A stretch of DNA of 46,069 bases. Source: an uncultured Gammaproteobacteria bacterium (GTDB lineage: Bacteria > Patescibacteriota > Patescibacteriia > UBA2591 > UBA6264). The translations under genes were made by a program, and so were the position numbers. A model generated the notes under the pieces. It was not told the origin of the DNA. It saw only the letters and a program-made list of their open reading frames with translations, and searched no databases. The stretch covers positions 1 to 46,069 of the forward strand of contig CAZHDT010000002.1 of NCBI GenBank assembly GCA_964531505.1, read 5' to 3'. This document shows positions 36,140 to 44,013 of this stretch, one piece after another. Positions within the stretch are counted from its first letter, which is position 1. Every line of letters begins with the position of its first letter.

Positions 36140-37843
36140 ATGTTAGATTTAAACGATTTATTGGATCCAAAAAAGAAAATGCCATCTATTGCTTCTTCAG
36201 AAAATCAAGAAGAATTAAGTTTTAAACTTAACGATATTAAAGTTAAAGAAATAGAAGAAGAAATATCTTATCAAGCAAGACAAATCGGTGTCCCTTATAT
36301 TAATTTATTTGATTTTCCAATTTCTCCAGAAGCTTTAAGTTTAATTTCTCAAGAAGAAGCAAAAAATTATCGTTTAATTTGTTTTTACAGGACTGAACGT
36401 GAAGCAAAATTGGCTTCACCTAACGTAGAAAATCCCGCTTTAGCCGAATACCGGCAACAATTGGAAGGCGCTTATGGGATTAAAACAGAAATATATTTTA
36501 TTTCAGAGCATAGCTTTCAGACAGTTTTAAAACGTTATGCTTTTTTACCCAAAATAAGCAAAGTTACTAAGGGAGTTGAAATTTCATCGCAAGATTTAGA
36601 AGATTTTCAAAAAAAGATTAAAAATTTTCATGATTTAAATCAAGAAATTCAAAATACCAAGGTTTCCGATTTAATTATTTTAATTATGGCCAGTGCGGTT
36701 CAATCACGAGCTTCCGATATTCATATTGAAGCAGAAGAGGAAGGCATCAAAGTGAGGTTTAGAATAGACGGAGTTTTAATTGATGTTGCAGAAATAAATA
36801 AAAAATATTGGTCACAAATTGTTTCCCGAATAAAATTGATATCAAATTTAAAAATAAACATAGTAGATCAACCTCAAGATGGGAGATTTACCATTTATAT
36901 AGAGAAAGATAAAACAGATGTTAGAGTTTCCTGTTTACCTACAAGTTATGGAGAAAGTGTGGTAATGAGACTTTTACGGTCTTCTACAGCCAGTTTAAGT
37001 TTTGAAGAATTAGGATTAAGAAAAGAGCCTTTTGAAGTTTTAAAAAGGCAGATAGAAAGGCCAAACGGCATGGTTATCACCACCGGGCCAACTGGTTCAG
37101 GGAAAACCACCACTCTTTATGCAATTTTAAATAAATTAAATACCCAAGAGACTAAAATTATTACTTTAGAAAATCCAATAGAATATCGTTTAAAAGGAAT
37201 TAATCAAAGTCAGGTTGATAAGGCAAAAGAATATACTTTTGCTACCGGGCTTCGTTCAATTCTTCGCCAAGATCCGGATGTGGTAATGGTTGGAGAAATT
37301 AGAGATTTAGAAACTTCTGAAATTGCGATTCAGGCTGCTTTAACAGGACATTTAGTGATTTCTACTTTACACACCAATGACGCGGCTGGCGCTTTACCAA
37401 GATTTCTTTCTATGGGAGTAAAACCGTTTTTGTTGGCCCCGGCGATTAATGCGGTAGTTGGCCAACGTTTGGTAAGAAAAGTTTGTCCTGATTGTAAAAA
37501 GGAAATAAATATTGAAAATTCTAAAATGGAGAGAGTTAGAACACTTTTATTAGATTTGCCAGAGAAATCAGAAATAAAAGTTGATTTTAATAATCTTAAA
37601 TTTTATCAAGGAGGAGGCTGTGAATCTTGTCATGGGTTAGGATATAAAGGAAGAATCGGTATTTATGAAGTTTTTACCATTGATTCTGAAATAGAAAGAG
37701 AAATTCAGGCTGGTAATTTATCAGAATACACAATGCGAGATTTAACTAAAAAACAAGGAATGACGACCATGGCTCAAGATGGAGTTTTAAAAGCTTTGGA
37801 CGGAATAACAACAATTGATGAGGTTTTTCGCGTTGCGGAGTAG
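36140..37843 (+). CDS. pilB: GspE/PilB-family type IV pilus / type II secretion ATPase
   Basis: Walker A GPTGSGKTTTLYA, Asp box/Walker B RQDPDVVMVGEIRD, His box TGHLVISTLHTND, tetracysteine CPDCKK...CESCHGLGYKGRIGIYE. Confidence 0.9.
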   Translation: MLDLNDLLDPKKKMPSIASSENQEELSFKLNDIKVKEIEEEISYQARQIGVPYINLFDFPISPEALSLISQEEAKNYRLICFYRTEREAKLASPNVENPALAEYRQQLEGAYGIKTEIYFISEHSFQTVLKRYAFLPKISKVTKGVEISSQDLEDFQKKIKNFHDLNQEIQNTKVSDLIILIMASAVQSRASDIHIEAEEEGIKVRFRIDGVLIDVAEINKKYWSQIVSRIKLISNLKINIVDQPQDGRFTIYIEKDKTDVRVSCLPTSYGESVVMRLLRSSTASLSFEELGLRKEPFEVLKRQIERPNGMVITTGPTGSGKTTTLYAILNKLNTQETKIITLENPIEYRLKGINQSQVDKAKEYTFATGLRSILRQDPDVVMVGEIRDLETSEIAIQAALTGHLVISTLHTNDAAGALPRFLSMGVKPFLLAPAINAVVGQRLVRKVCPDCKKEINIENSKMERVRTLLLDLPEKSEIKVDFNNLKFYQGGGCESCHGLGYKGRIGIYEVFTIDSEIEREIQAGNLSEYTMRDLTKKQGMTTMAQDGVLKALDGITTIDEVFRVAE

Positions 37844-37857
37844 TTAAATTATAAAAT

Positions 37858-37893
37858 AAAAACTTGGAAGCTGAGCTTCCAAGTTTTTATTTT
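37858..37893 (+). terminator. Strong rho-independent terminator after pilB
   Basis: AAAAACTTGGAAGC-TGA-GCTTCCAAGTTTTT followed by ATTTT. 14-bp stem. Confidence 0.85.
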
Positions 37894-37923
37894 AAAATAT
37901 GGGCTTATTTTGCCAGCATCAAT

Positions 37924-37952
37924 TTGACAAAAGTCAGATTTTTTGCTATCCT
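37924..37952 (+). promoter_or_regulatory. Candidate sigma70-type promoter for ORF 38015
   Basis: TTGACA (37924-37929), a 17-nt spacer, then TATCCT (37947-37952). Confidence 0.5.
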
Positions 37953-38014
37953 ATAAACACGAAAGAATAATATTAATATTGAAATTAGCAATATAATCAA
38001 TTAATTTATTTTTT

Positions 38015-38491
38015 ATGGAACTTAAAAAAGACGTTTTTCAATCAGGAAATGACCAAGAAAAAAAGCCAGTGTTCTTAGAAAAAGAAGGAGTTAGTAAAAT
38101 AGAATCTCAAAACGGTTTTTTTACTGGTTTAGAAAATCAGTTAACACAAATTTCTAATTTAGAAGAGAAAGAACAAATTATGGGCTTTATTAAAGAGTTG
38201 AAAGCGCAATGTTTTGATTATCTCAAAATTCTTGAAGAATATCGTTTAGCGGAAAAAAATTTTGATGACGCGCGCGTGGGAGATTTAGATGATAAAGAAA
38301 ATGCCCGCCTTGCCTTAAATGCGAGAACTCAAGATAGAATAAGTAAGAAAAGTGTTATTTTAGATAATATGAATATTGTAAATCGTCTCTTTACCAGTTA
38401 TGGATTGGAATGTTCTTGGTACCGCGGATTTGAAAATGAAGAACAGTTTGAAGGCTGGGTGATTAAAAATGTTCAGGAATTAGAAAATTAA
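38015..38491 (+). CDS. Hypothetical protein (acidic, helical-looking, no signal peptide)
   Basis: 158-aa ORF with its own promoter-like element. No motif I recognise. Its 3' end overlaps the 3' end of valS by 12 nt (convergent). Confidence 0.5.
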   Translation: MELKKDVFQSGNDQEKKPVFLEKEGVSKIESQNGFFTGLENQLTQISNLEEKEQIMGFIKELKAQCFDYLKILEEYRLAEKNFDDARVGDLDDKENARLALNARTQDRISKKSVILDNMNIVNRLFTSYGLECSWYRGFENEEQFEGWVIKNVQELEN

Positions 38492-40822
38492 GTTTATTTT
38501 CAATAAATTTTCAACTAAATCCTTGCTTTCTTGAGAAGCAAGGATTTTTTTATCATTTTCTTTATATAATTGATAATCAATAATTTCTTTCATGGAAATT
38601 TTTTGTTCAATTTTCCAGTTTCTGGCTTCAATAATAATTTGTTTTAATTCTTCAAGACTATTTTCCGTTTCTAAGTCAATAAATTTTTTTTCTAATTTTG
38701 GCCATTCAGCAATCATAAGCATATTTTTCGGGTTGAAATTCTGATAAATTTTTTCTGTTACAAAAGGGATAAAGGGGTGAAGAATTTTTAAGATATTATT
38801 TAAGCTGTATTTTAAAATATTTAAAGTATTTTCTTTTAAATTTTCCTGATTGACTTGGGATTTGGCAATTTCTAAATACCAATCGGCAAATTCATGCCAA
38901 ACAAATTCATAACATTCTTTTGTCGCTTCTCCAAATTCATAATTTTTAATTTTTTCTTCAGTAGATTTAAAAAGGCGGTTAATTTTCGAAATAAGCCATT
39001 TATCAGCCAATGTTTTAGGAATAATTTCTTCGTTCACTGTATTATTTTCTATTTGCATTTCAATAAAACGGCTGATATTCCATAATTTATTAATAAAATT
39101 TCGTGCGGATAAAATATTTCTTTCATCAAAGCGAACGGCTTGTTGATCGCGACTTGTTTGATAAATTAAACCAAATCTCATTGCATCCGCGCCATGTTCA
39201 TCAATTATTTTTAAAGGATTTACCCCTGTTCCCAAAGATTTACTCATTCTTTTTCCATCCAGAGTGAGAATAGTGGCGTGGATATAAACATTATTAAAGG
39301 GAATTTTTTTGATAAATTCCATTCCTGAAAAAACCATTCTGGCAACCCAAAGATAAAGAATATCCCCGGCCGTGGAGAGTAAAGATGTGGGGTAGAAATT
39401 TTTTAAATCATCGGTTTTTTTAGGCCAACCCAAAGTGGCAAATGGCCAAAGAGCGGAAGAAAACCAAGTGTCTAAAACATCTTCTGATTGTTTCATTTCG
39501 CATTTTTGACAAAAGGGGCAAACAGCCGGTTTTATTTCCGCGACTTCATATTTTTCCTCATTGTTCTTACAAAACCAAACTGGAAGCCGATGTCCCCACC
39601 AAAGTTGGCGGGAAATGCACCAATCTTCTATATTTTTTAACCAATCTAAATAGATTTTTTCATACTTTTCTGGATAAAATTTTATTTTTTTATTTTCTAC
39701 CGCCTCAATCGCCGGTTTGGCTAATTTATCCATTGTCACAAACCATTGGGTTGAAATTTGCGGTTCGATTGGAGTTCCGCAACGGTCGCAAAGGGATATC
39801 TGGTGAGGATAATCTTCAATTTTCTCCAATAAATTTAATTTTTCAAATTCTTTAATAATTTTTTTTCTAACATCCAAAGTGTCTAAACCAGTATAAAAGC
39901 CGGCTTCAGTGGTCATTTTTCCTTCCGGACCAATCACGTTGATAATATCCAAATTATTCTCTTTGCCAATTTGCCAATCATTTTTATCGTGGGCTGGAGT
40001 AATTTTAACTGCGCCGGTGCCGAATTTAGGGTCAACCAAATGGTGGCTGACTAAAGGGATTTCTCGATTAACAATCGGCAAAACCAATTTTTGGCCGATT
40101 AAGTTTTTATATCTCTCGTCCTTTGGATTAACCGCTATACCCGTGTCTCCCAACATGGTTTCCGGCCGGGTTGTGGCAACCACGATATATTTTTCAGGGT
40201 TATCTTTAAAAGGATATTTAAGATACCATAATTTTCCAATTTCCTCCCGGTATTTAATTTCAATATCTGAAATGGCAGTGGTGCAGCGCGGACACCAATT
40301 AACAATTCTTGGCCCGCGATAAATAAATCCTTTTTTATGATAATTGATAAATGCTTTTAAAACCGCGTTAACATAATCGTCGTCTAAAGTAAATCTGGTT
40401 CTTGACCAATCACAGGAACAGCCAAGTTTTTTTAATTGTTCTAAAATTATATTTCCGTATTTTTCTTTCCATTCCCACACTTTTTTAACAAATTCTTCGC
40501 GTCCGAGCTGATGGCGGGTTATATTTTCTTTGGCAAGATTTTTTTCTACCACGTTTTGGGTAGCGATTCCGGCATGGTCAATTCCTGGTAGCCAAAGAGT
40601 TTTTTTACCTTTCATCCGGTAAAAACGAATTAAAATATCCTGAATGGTATTATTTAAAGCGTGTCCGATATGAAGCGAGCCAGTGATATTGGGAGGGGGA
40701 ATAACAATGGAGTAATTATCTTTTCTTTCCCCCGGCAGATTATCGGGATTAAAAAATCCGCTCTTTTCCCAGAGCTGATAAATTTCTTGTTCGTATTTTT
40801 CAGGTTGATATTGTTTTTCCAT
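38480..40822 (-). CDS. valS: Valine--tRNA ligase (short form, 780 aa)
   Basis: HIGH motif PPPNITGSLHIGHAL, editing-domain TTRPETMLGDTGIAVNP, KMSKS motif GKRMSKSLG. Confidence 0.95.
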   Translation of the reverse strand: MEKQYQPEKYEQEIYQLWEKSGFFNPDNLPGERKDNYSIVIPPPNITGSLHIGHALNNTIQDILIRFYRMKGKKTLWLPGIDHAGIATQNVVEKNLAKENITRHQLGREEFVKKVWEWKEKYGNIILEQLKKLGCSCDWSRTRFTLDDDYVNAVLKAFINYHKKGFIYRGPRIVNWCPRCTTAISDIEIKYREEIGKLWYLKYPFKDNPEKYIVVATTRPETMLGDTGIAVNPKDERYKNLIGQKLVLPIVNREIPLVSHHLVDPKFGTGAVKITPAHDKNDWQIGKENNLDIINVIGPEGKMTTEAGFYTGLDTLDVRKKIIKEFEKLNLLEKIEDYPHQISLCDRCGTPIEPQISTQWFVTMDKLAKPAIEAVENKKIKFYPEKYEKIYLDWLKNIEDWCISRQLWWGHRLPVWFCKNNEEKYEVAEIKPAVCPFCQKCEMKQSEDVLDTWFSSALWPFATLGWPKKTDDLKNFYPTSLLSTAGDILYLWVARMVFSGMEFIKKIPFNNVYIHATILTLDGKRMSKSLGTGVNPLKIIDEHGADAMRFGLIYQTSRDQQAVRFDERNILSARNFINKLWNISRFIEMQIENNTVNEEIIPKTLADKWLISKINRLFKSTEEKIKNYEFGEATKECYEFVWHEFADWYLEIAKSQVNQENLKENTLNILKYSLNNILKILHPFIPFVTEKIYQNFNPKNMLMIAEWPKLEKKFIDLETENSLEELKQIIIEARNWKIEQKISMKEIIDYQLYKENDKKILASQESKDLVENLLKINLIF

Positions 40823-40839
40823 AAATTTCTCTCAAAGTT

Positions 40840-41274
40840 TTAAGATGTTTTATTAATGTTAAATATTCTTTCATTTTCTTTTTTGCCGATTTTTATTTTA
40901 ACAAAAATTGTTTCAGTTGGCAAAATATCAATTACCTGGTCCGCCCATTCAATTATAGTGATGGCGTTGTCTTTTTCTAAGTAATCTTCAATTCCGATAT
41001 TAATCAGTTCTTGTCCCGAGGTAAGGCGATAAGCGTCTACATGACAGAGTTTTTTAATTCGGTTTAAATTTGTCTGATAAGGCTTCATTAAAACAAAAGT
41101 CGGGCTGGTAATAATATTTTTTATTTTTAAACCATTGGCAAGTCCTTTGATAAAAGCAGTTTTGCCTGCGCCCAATTCGCCGATTAGGCCGATAACTTCT
41201 CCACCCAAAAGGTTTTTGGCAAACTTTTTGCCAAGATTGAAAGTTTGTTTTTCCGAATTAGTGACAATATTCAT
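40840..41274 (-). CDS. tsaE: tRNA t6A37 biosynthesis ATPase TsaE
   Basis: 144 aa. GLIGELGAGKTAFIKGLA Walker A and ...HVDAYRL... are typical of TsaE/YjeE. Confidence 0.85.
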   Translation of the reverse strand: MNIVTNSEKQTFNLGKKFAKNLLGGEVIGLIGELGAGKTAFIKGLANGLKIKNIITSPTFVLMKPYQTNLNRIKKLCHVDAYRLTSGQELINIGIEDYLEKDNAITIIEWADQVIDILPTETIFVKIKIGKKENERIFNINKTS

Positions 41275-41310
41275 AATTTAACGGATTTTAGAATTTATAG
41301 AAACTCATTG

Positions 41311-41338
41311 TTGCTAGAATAAAAATTTGTTTTATAAT
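41311..41338 (+). promoter_or_regulatory. Candidate sigma70-type promoter at the head of a long leader
   Basis: TTGCTA (41311-41316), a 16-nt spacer, then TATAAT (41333-41338). It lies about 315 nt upstream of the next CDS. Confidence 0.45.
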
Positions 41339-41606
41339 AATAAGAGAGCTTGATTATTAAATTATAATATAAGTTAACATAATACGCAATAAAAATTGAT
41401 ATATAAAAATATTACATTTATCAAATGATTGAGGATTTTATCCTAGTAAAAAGTTTTTACTAAATAGAAATAATCTCCAAAATAGTTTCCCGCGAGTCTC
41501 ATAAAAAGGGGATATTAGAGCGATTTTAAAAAAAGCAGTAGAAATAGCTTTAAATTTAAAAAATTGTTCTATAACCCAGATTAGGAGCGAGTTCACAAAA
41601 GGATAA

Positions 41607-41628
41607 AAAGGGGACAGCCCCTTATTTT
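41607..41628 (+). terminator. Hairpin plus T-tract immediately upstream of the amidohydrolase start (attenuator-like)
   Basis: AAGGGG-ACAG-CCCCTT followed by ATTTT. It ends about 25 nt before the ATG at 41654. Confidence 0.5.
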
Positions 41629-41653
41629 AAGGGATTAAAATAAATAATAAATT

Positions 41654-42457
41654 ATGATAATTGACAGCCATTTACATATATCATATTCAGAAGGAGAGAA
41701 AAAAAGTCTTTTTGAAGCCAGAAACGAGCTCCTAGAATCAATGAAAAAGTTTGACATTAATTATTCAATTATCATTCCCGATAATGTGCCAAATCCGAAA
41801 TGCGCTGACATGGAAACGATGTTTAAGCTTATCAAAAATGAAAAAAGGTTTTTTTCAATGGGAACCATAAATATTTTTCATAACATAGGAAAACAAATAT
41901 TTAATTTAAAAACTTTAATAATTGCCAAAAAGATTTGTGCAATTAAATTGTTTCCCGGACATGATCCATTTTATCCGACTGATAAACGATGCCATTTTGT
42001 TTATGACTTAGGCATTATGTATGATATTCCTGTCGTTTTTCACACCGGTGCTAATCCGAATAATTATGATTGTGCGAAGTATAATAGCCCTAAACACATT
42101 ATTGAAATCGCAAAAAGATTTAAAAAATTAAAAATTGTTATTTCCCATTTTTTTTGGCCAAAAATGGAATATTGTTACGAACTAACTAAAAATTTTAAAA
42201 ATATTTATTACGATACCTCCGCTATGGCTGATCCCGAAGTTGTGGAAGCTACTGGCGGTTGGAAAAAGATTGTTCAAATATTAAAAAAGACCGTTAAGAT
42301 AAAACCAAATAGCGTTATCTTCGGTACAGACTGGCCAATGTGTTCTGTTGATAAACACATCCAATTAATTAAAGATTTAAAATTGGATAAAAAAAGAGAA
42401 GAAAATATATTTTTTCATAACGCGGTTAATTTATATAAACTTAATGTTTCGCGATAA
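41654..42457 (+). CDS. Metal-dependent amidohydrolase (Amidohydro_2 / TIM-barrel hydrolase family)
   Basis: N-terminal IIDSHLHI, internal VVFHTG, C-terminal FGTDWPM. These are typical metal-ligand motifs of this fold. Confidence 0.75.
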   Translation: MIIDSHLHISYSEGEKKSLFEARNELLESMKKFDINYSIIIPDNVPNPKCADMETMFKLIKNEKRFFSMGTINIFHNIGKQIFNLKTLIIAKKICAIKLFPGHDPFYPTDKRCHFVYDLGIMYDIPVVFHTGANPNNYDCAKYNSPKHIIEIAKRFKKLKIVISHFFWPKMEYCYELTKNFKNIYYDTSAMADPEVVEATGGWKKIVQILKKTVKIKPNSVIFGTDWPMCSVDKHIQLIKDLKLDKKREENIFFHNAVNLYKLNVSR

Positions 42458-42573
42458 AAATTATATTAATAATAATTTAAAAAAATATCCTTTTGATAAA
42501 GTATTAGAAAAAAAGCAAATTAAAAGCCGTTATATTTTTGGTAAAAAATTATGTGATAATTAAAAAAATATTT

Positions 42574-42882
42574 ATGGAATTTAAAAAGTTACAAAATAAG
42601 ATTATCGAAAATGCCGTTAATTACGGCAAAAAGTATAATGTGCAAATTGATGAAGATTTTGCTCTTCTTAAATTGTACGAAGAAGTTGGAGAATTTGCTC
42701 AAGCGGTTTTAATTCATCGAAAAAAAAGCCGGCCGGAAAAATATGTCTCAGCAGAAACTTCTAAAAAAGAATTGGCAAAAGAATTAGCAGACATCATCGG
42801 CATAACCATAGTAAATGCTCATCTATTAGAAATAGATTTGGAAGAAGCGATTAATAAAAAGTGGATTAATAAAGAAAAATAA
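42574..42882 (+). CDS. MazG-like all-alpha nucleotide pyrophosphohydrolase (small single-domain form)
   Basis: LYEEVGEFAQAV and ELAKELADIIGITIVNAHLLEIDLEEAI (EExxE/D-type metal-binding helices). ATG 42574 is preferred over the track's TTG at 42538. Confidence 0.7.
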   Translation: MEFKKLQNKIIENAVNYGKKYNVQIDEDFALLKLYEEVGEFAQAVLIHRKKSRPEKYVSAETSKKELAKELADIIGITIVNAHLLEIDLEEAINKKWINKEK

Positions 42883-42887
42883 AAAAA

Positions 42888-43898
42888 ATGTATCAATCAA
42901 AATTAAATTTAATTGAAACCGAATTCGGCATCAAGTTAATTAAGGATATTTTTGAAAAAAATCTTGCAAAAAAGCTTTCCTTACAAAGGGTTTCCGCTCC
43001 CAGGTTTCTTATAAAAGGCACTGGACTACAGGACGATCTTGCTGGTACTCAAATTCCTATTAGTTTTAAAACAAAATTTTCGGATATAGCTATGGAAATA
43101 GTTCACAGCCTTGCGAAATGGAAAAGGTATGCTCTAAAGAAATACGGGTTTAAATATGGAAAGGGTTTATATACGGATATGGACGCTATAAGAAAGGATG
43201 AAAATGTCGATGATATTCATAGTATTTATGTTGATCAGTGGGATTGGGAATCCATAATTTCTAAGAAACAGAGAACAATACCTTTTCTAAAAGAAATTGT
43301 AAGGAAAATTTATAAAGCGATTATAGAGACAGAAGAAACGGTTAATGAAACGTTTCCCAAGTTAAAAAAGAGACTTCCTCAAAAAATAAAATTTATTCAC
43401 TCTGAAAAACTTGAAGATATGTATCCGCAATTGTCCCCAAAAAAAAGAGAAGATAAGATTGCTGAAAAATATGGAGCAGTTTTTATTATAGGAATCGGTT
43501 ATCCTTTAAAATCTGGTGAGCCCCATGATCTAAGAGCGGCTGATTACGATGATTGGTCAACTATTACGAGTAATGAAACTAGAGGATTAAACGGAGACAT
43601 AATTATTTGGGATAATCTCAGAAAATCCGCTTTTGAAATTTCTTCAATGGGAATAAGAGTTGATAGGATTGCCTTGTTAAGACAACTTGAATTTATGGGA
43701 CTCAATAATAGAAAAAAACTTGAATTCCATAAAGGAATTATTAAAGAAGAATTTCCATTATCTATCGGCGGCGGTATCGGTCAATCAAGATTATGTATGT
43801 TTTTTTTACAGAAAATCCATATCGGTGAAGTTCAATCAAGTGTTTGGCCCCAAAAGATGGTTAGGGATTGTGATAAAAAAGGAATTAGATTGTTATAA
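42888..43898 (+). CDS. asnA: Aspartate--ammonia ligase (asparagine synthetase A)
   Basis: Collinear with E. coli AsnA as I recall it: VHSLAKWKR, SIYVDQWDWE, LNGDIIIWDN, SSMGIRVD, IGGGIGQSRLCMFFL, IGEVQSSVWP. Confidence 0.92.
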   Translation: MYQSKLNLIETEFGIKLIKDIFEKNLAKKLSLQRVSAPRFLIKGTGLQDDLAGTQIPISFKTKFSDIAMEIVHSLAKWKRYALKKYGFKYGKGLYTDMDAIRKDENVDDIHSIYVDQWDWESIISKKQRTIPFLKEIVRKIYKAIIETEETVNETFPKLKKRLPQKIKFIHSEKLEDMYPQLSPKKREDKIAEKYGAVFIIGIGYPLKSGEPHDLRAADYDDWSTITSNETRGLNGDIIIWDNLRKSAFEISSMGIRVDRIALLRQLEFMGLNNRKKLEFHKGIIKEEFPLSIGGGIGQSRLCMFFLQKIHIGEVQSSVWPQKMVRDCDKKGIRLL

Positions 43899-43910
43899 TT
43901 TTATTTATAT

Positions 43911-43977
43911 TAGGATTATAAAAAATGGAAGAAAAATTTATAGGATTATAGGATAAGTTTTTTATTTTGAATAGGAC
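43911..43977 (+). repeat. Four TAGGA(T/C) direct repeats upstream of the amidase gene
   Basis: TAGGATTATA at 43911 and 43941 (30-bp spacing), TAGGAT at 43949, TAGGAC at 43972. All lie in the 115-bp asnA-amidase spacer. Confidence 0.6.
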
Positions 43978-44013
43978 TGTTACTAATTTAAAAAAAGCTA
44001 ATTGTTTTGCTCT

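Noticed and set aside
38894-40843. Plus-strand ORFs 38894..39085, 39442..39855, 39909..40322 and 40661..40843, opposite valS
   Set aside because: They are antisense to ValRS, whose HIGH/KMSKS/editing motifs leave no doubt about the true frame.
41275-41653. T-box leader upstream of the asnA-containing cluster
   Set aside because: The conserved T-box core (..GGTGGTACCGCG..) and a specifier-loop layout are not present. Only a vague ATTAGAGCG resemblance was found. It is kept as an unclassified leader instead.
43687-43956. 89-aa ORF overlapping the 3' end of asnA, and 45209..45409 inside tsaD
   Set aside because: They are out of frame or antisense relative to strongly supported asnA and tsaD, with no independent signals.
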